A DNA stretch of 64,000 nucleotides. Origin: Octopus bimaculoides. Lineage: Eukaryota. Below are positions 61,612 through 64,000 of this stretch, piece by piece. The stretch's first letter is position 1. Every line of letters begins with the position of its first letter. The position numbers were made by a program, and so were the translations under genes. The stretch is from the NCBI RefSeq assembly GCF_001194135.2, contig NC_069000.1, positions 15,032,737 through 15,096,736 of the forward strand. Direction: 5' to 3'. The notes under the pieces are model-generated. The model saw nothing but the letters and a program-made list of their open reading frames with translations. It made no database searches and had not been told where the DNA came from.

Positions 61612-62093
61612 AACATTGTATTTTCTTCTGACAAACGCACTTTCATCTATCTCCACAATTCGGTTTGGCCCTCCGAGCTTAATGTTTTGTGCAACATAAT
61701 ATTCTGCACATATATCGCGGTAAAAATTTCTCCAATCTGTGACGGCTACATTCGCCAAACGACATTCTTGGGATATTCCCTTTGCTAAATCTTCTTTTGC
61801 CCAATAATATAATATATCAATAATTTATTCGCACTTCAATTTACTATTTTCTAGAAATGTTCCTTTTCTAATCGAAACCATTGTTCTATAAAGCCTTCCA
61901 CATGACCATATCACACCATCCGACAAATTTTTTTGGCTACTTCCATCATGCTAGCTCCACACGAGGGACATATTTTTTAGGTATTTAAAAGTCCATGTCT
62001 CTTAAGCCAATTAATACTATCTGCTGTTGTAGCGGTGGCGATGGCAATATCGCGGTGATTAATTCCATTTACACTGGGATATGCAGAAGTCAT
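61612..62093 (-). pseudogene. Merlin (IS1016/ISXO2-like) DDE transposase remnant
   Basis: ATG at 62093; WLKRHGLL..*KICPSCG, SIRKGTFLENSKL, then WRNFYRDIC...KLGGPNRIVEIDESAFVRRKYNVGHR running into an N gap; stops and a frameshift present. Confidence 0.85.
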
Positions 62094-62517
62094 AGTGAAA
62101 ATCCGAAAGTGAAAAACCTTCAACTAATTTTTTCACACGTGTTGATTTCAGAGTGAAGAACTTTGAATTACGCGCGGTGGTGATGCTGGTCATTGGCGGG
62201 GCCGATGAGTGTATGTGATTTGTTTTAAAAAACAATAATGAATAATGCAAAAATATATTTATTTATAAAGTTTAAACTCAACATGGAATGAAATATATTA
62301 ATTTATAAACTTTAAACTGAACTTCATTTNNNNNNNNNNNNNNNNNNNAGGGGAGGTATATATGTATATATATATATATATATCATCATAAATATACAGG
62401 GATTAGCATTGAGTTGCTTCTCCAACATACTGAAAATTTAGAAATAGCAGTCAAAGAACTACTGATTCTAAACTACAAATTTTTCTCTAAACGGATCGCG
62501 ATATTTATGGCACACAC

Positions 62518-62551
<34 letters not shown>

Positions 62552-64000
62552 GCAGACGACAGCTAATACCATGACAGTGCCGTTTTAAAAAAATATTAAA
62601 ATTAATGGAGTATTTACCTAAAATAGTATGATCAAAAGAGACTGCAATGTGGTTGGTTGCAAAATGATACCAAGTGCAGTTTAAACATTGATTTCAAATT
62701 TTGGCACAAGGCCAGCAAGTTCGGGGAGGCGATAAGTCGATTACATCGATTCATGTACTGGAGGATCGATGTAATCGAGGATCTTTTGTTTGAAGCCAAC
62801 GAAAATTAGTATTTATTGAAGAGACGAAGAATTGGGTCTCAATTTACCCTGTAGAATTCAGATTACTCTGTGAAATATAATGCTTATCTATTCACATTGT
62901 TTTCAATTAATCATGTAATATCACATAACTTAGACATTTCCATGATGGGCTTGTTAATATTTAGAATGAAATTGCAGGATAAGTGTGTGAGGCTGGTGGA
63001 ACATTTGGACCGGATATGTTGGCACTCCGTCGCTTATGACGTCGAGGGTTCCAGTTGATCCGCTCAACAGAACAGCCTGCTCGTGAAATTAACGTGCAGA
63101 TAAATATTAACAGATAAATATTAACAAACAACTGCTAATCTCTATTAACAGAAACAGTAAACTATACCAATGGCTGTGTGTATGTGTTTATGTGCGTGTG
63201 TATGTGTATGTTTATGTGTGCGTGTCCGTGTACACATGCGTGTTTATCTGCGTGCGCGCGCGTATGCCACTTTAAAGATGTGAGTTATCTTTAAAAATGC
63301 TGAGTCGGAATGTTTTCTCCCATAAACACTCATGTATGTATTATGTACTTGTGATGGCGTGTTTGTGTGTGTGAGTATGGATAAAGAATATATATATTCT
63401 TTATCCAAACACACACAAACACGCACACACACATATATATATATTTATATAATATGTATATGTGTGTATATACATACACATATATATTGTTTACATACAT
63501 TTTATATTCTTTTACTTTTATTCTTTTACTTGTTTCAAGTCTTTTGACTGTGGCCATGCTGGAGCACCGCCTTTAGTCGAGCAAATCGACCCCAGGACTT
63601 ATTCTTTGGAAGCCTAGTACTTATTCTTTCGGTCTCTTTTGCCGAACCGCTAAGTTACAGGGACATAAACACACCAGCATCGGTTGTCAAGCGATGTTGG
63701 GGGGACAAACACAGACATACAAACACATACACACATACATATATATATATATACATATATACGACAGGCTTCTTTCAGTTTCCGTCTACCAAATCCACTC
63801 ACAAGGCATTGGTCGGCCCGAGGCTATGGTAGAAGATACTTGNNNNNNNNNNNNNNNNNNNNNNNNNNNNNNNNNNNNNNNNNNNNNNNNNNNNNNNNNN
63901 NNNNNNNNNNNNNNNNNNNNNNNNNNNNNNNNNNNNNNNNNNNNNNNNNNNNNNNNNNNNNNNNNNNNNNNNNNNNGCAAGCTACTTACCACACAGCCAC

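Noticed and set aside
62737-62778. 14-bp hairpin TCGATTACATCGAT / ATCGATGTAATCGA
   Set aside because: Explained by a junction of two oppositely oriented family D SINE fragments.

Overview
AT-rich, microsatellite- and SINE-dense eukaryotic draft-assembly DNA with many N gaps. The SINE families and repeat landscape point to a coleoid cephalopod, most likely Octopus (inference). Two convergent protein-coding genes were reconstructed by hand from splice sites and reading frame. (1) On the + strand, a 5'-partial PPP1R16A/B-like (MYPT3/TIMAP/MYPT-75D family) ankyrin-repeat PP1 regulatory subunit: 8 exons from 24049 to 48780, 825 codons visible, ending in a KKCCCVIM prenylation box. Its first exons were not found in the window. 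(2) On the - strand, an FBXL8-like F-box/LRR gene with 2 coding exons (53477-53224 and 51851-50936, 389 aa). The rest is intronic or intergenic and holds at least six SINE-like families, two RTE-clade LINE remnants, mariner and Merlin transposase remnants, piggyBac-, hAT- and TA-type MITEs, a Helentron-like element and many simple repeats. The most notable observations are a tRNA-headed SINE whose tail folds as a Penelope-type minimal hammerhead ribozyme, a fold-back MITE with an outward-facing (CCCTAA)n/(TTAGGG)n palindrome at its centre (plus a diverged relative), a 78-bp near-perfect hairpin, a PHD finger inside the RTE reverse transcriptase, and inverted SINE arrays bracketing individual coding exons. 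No database searches were run; family names rest on recalled motifs.
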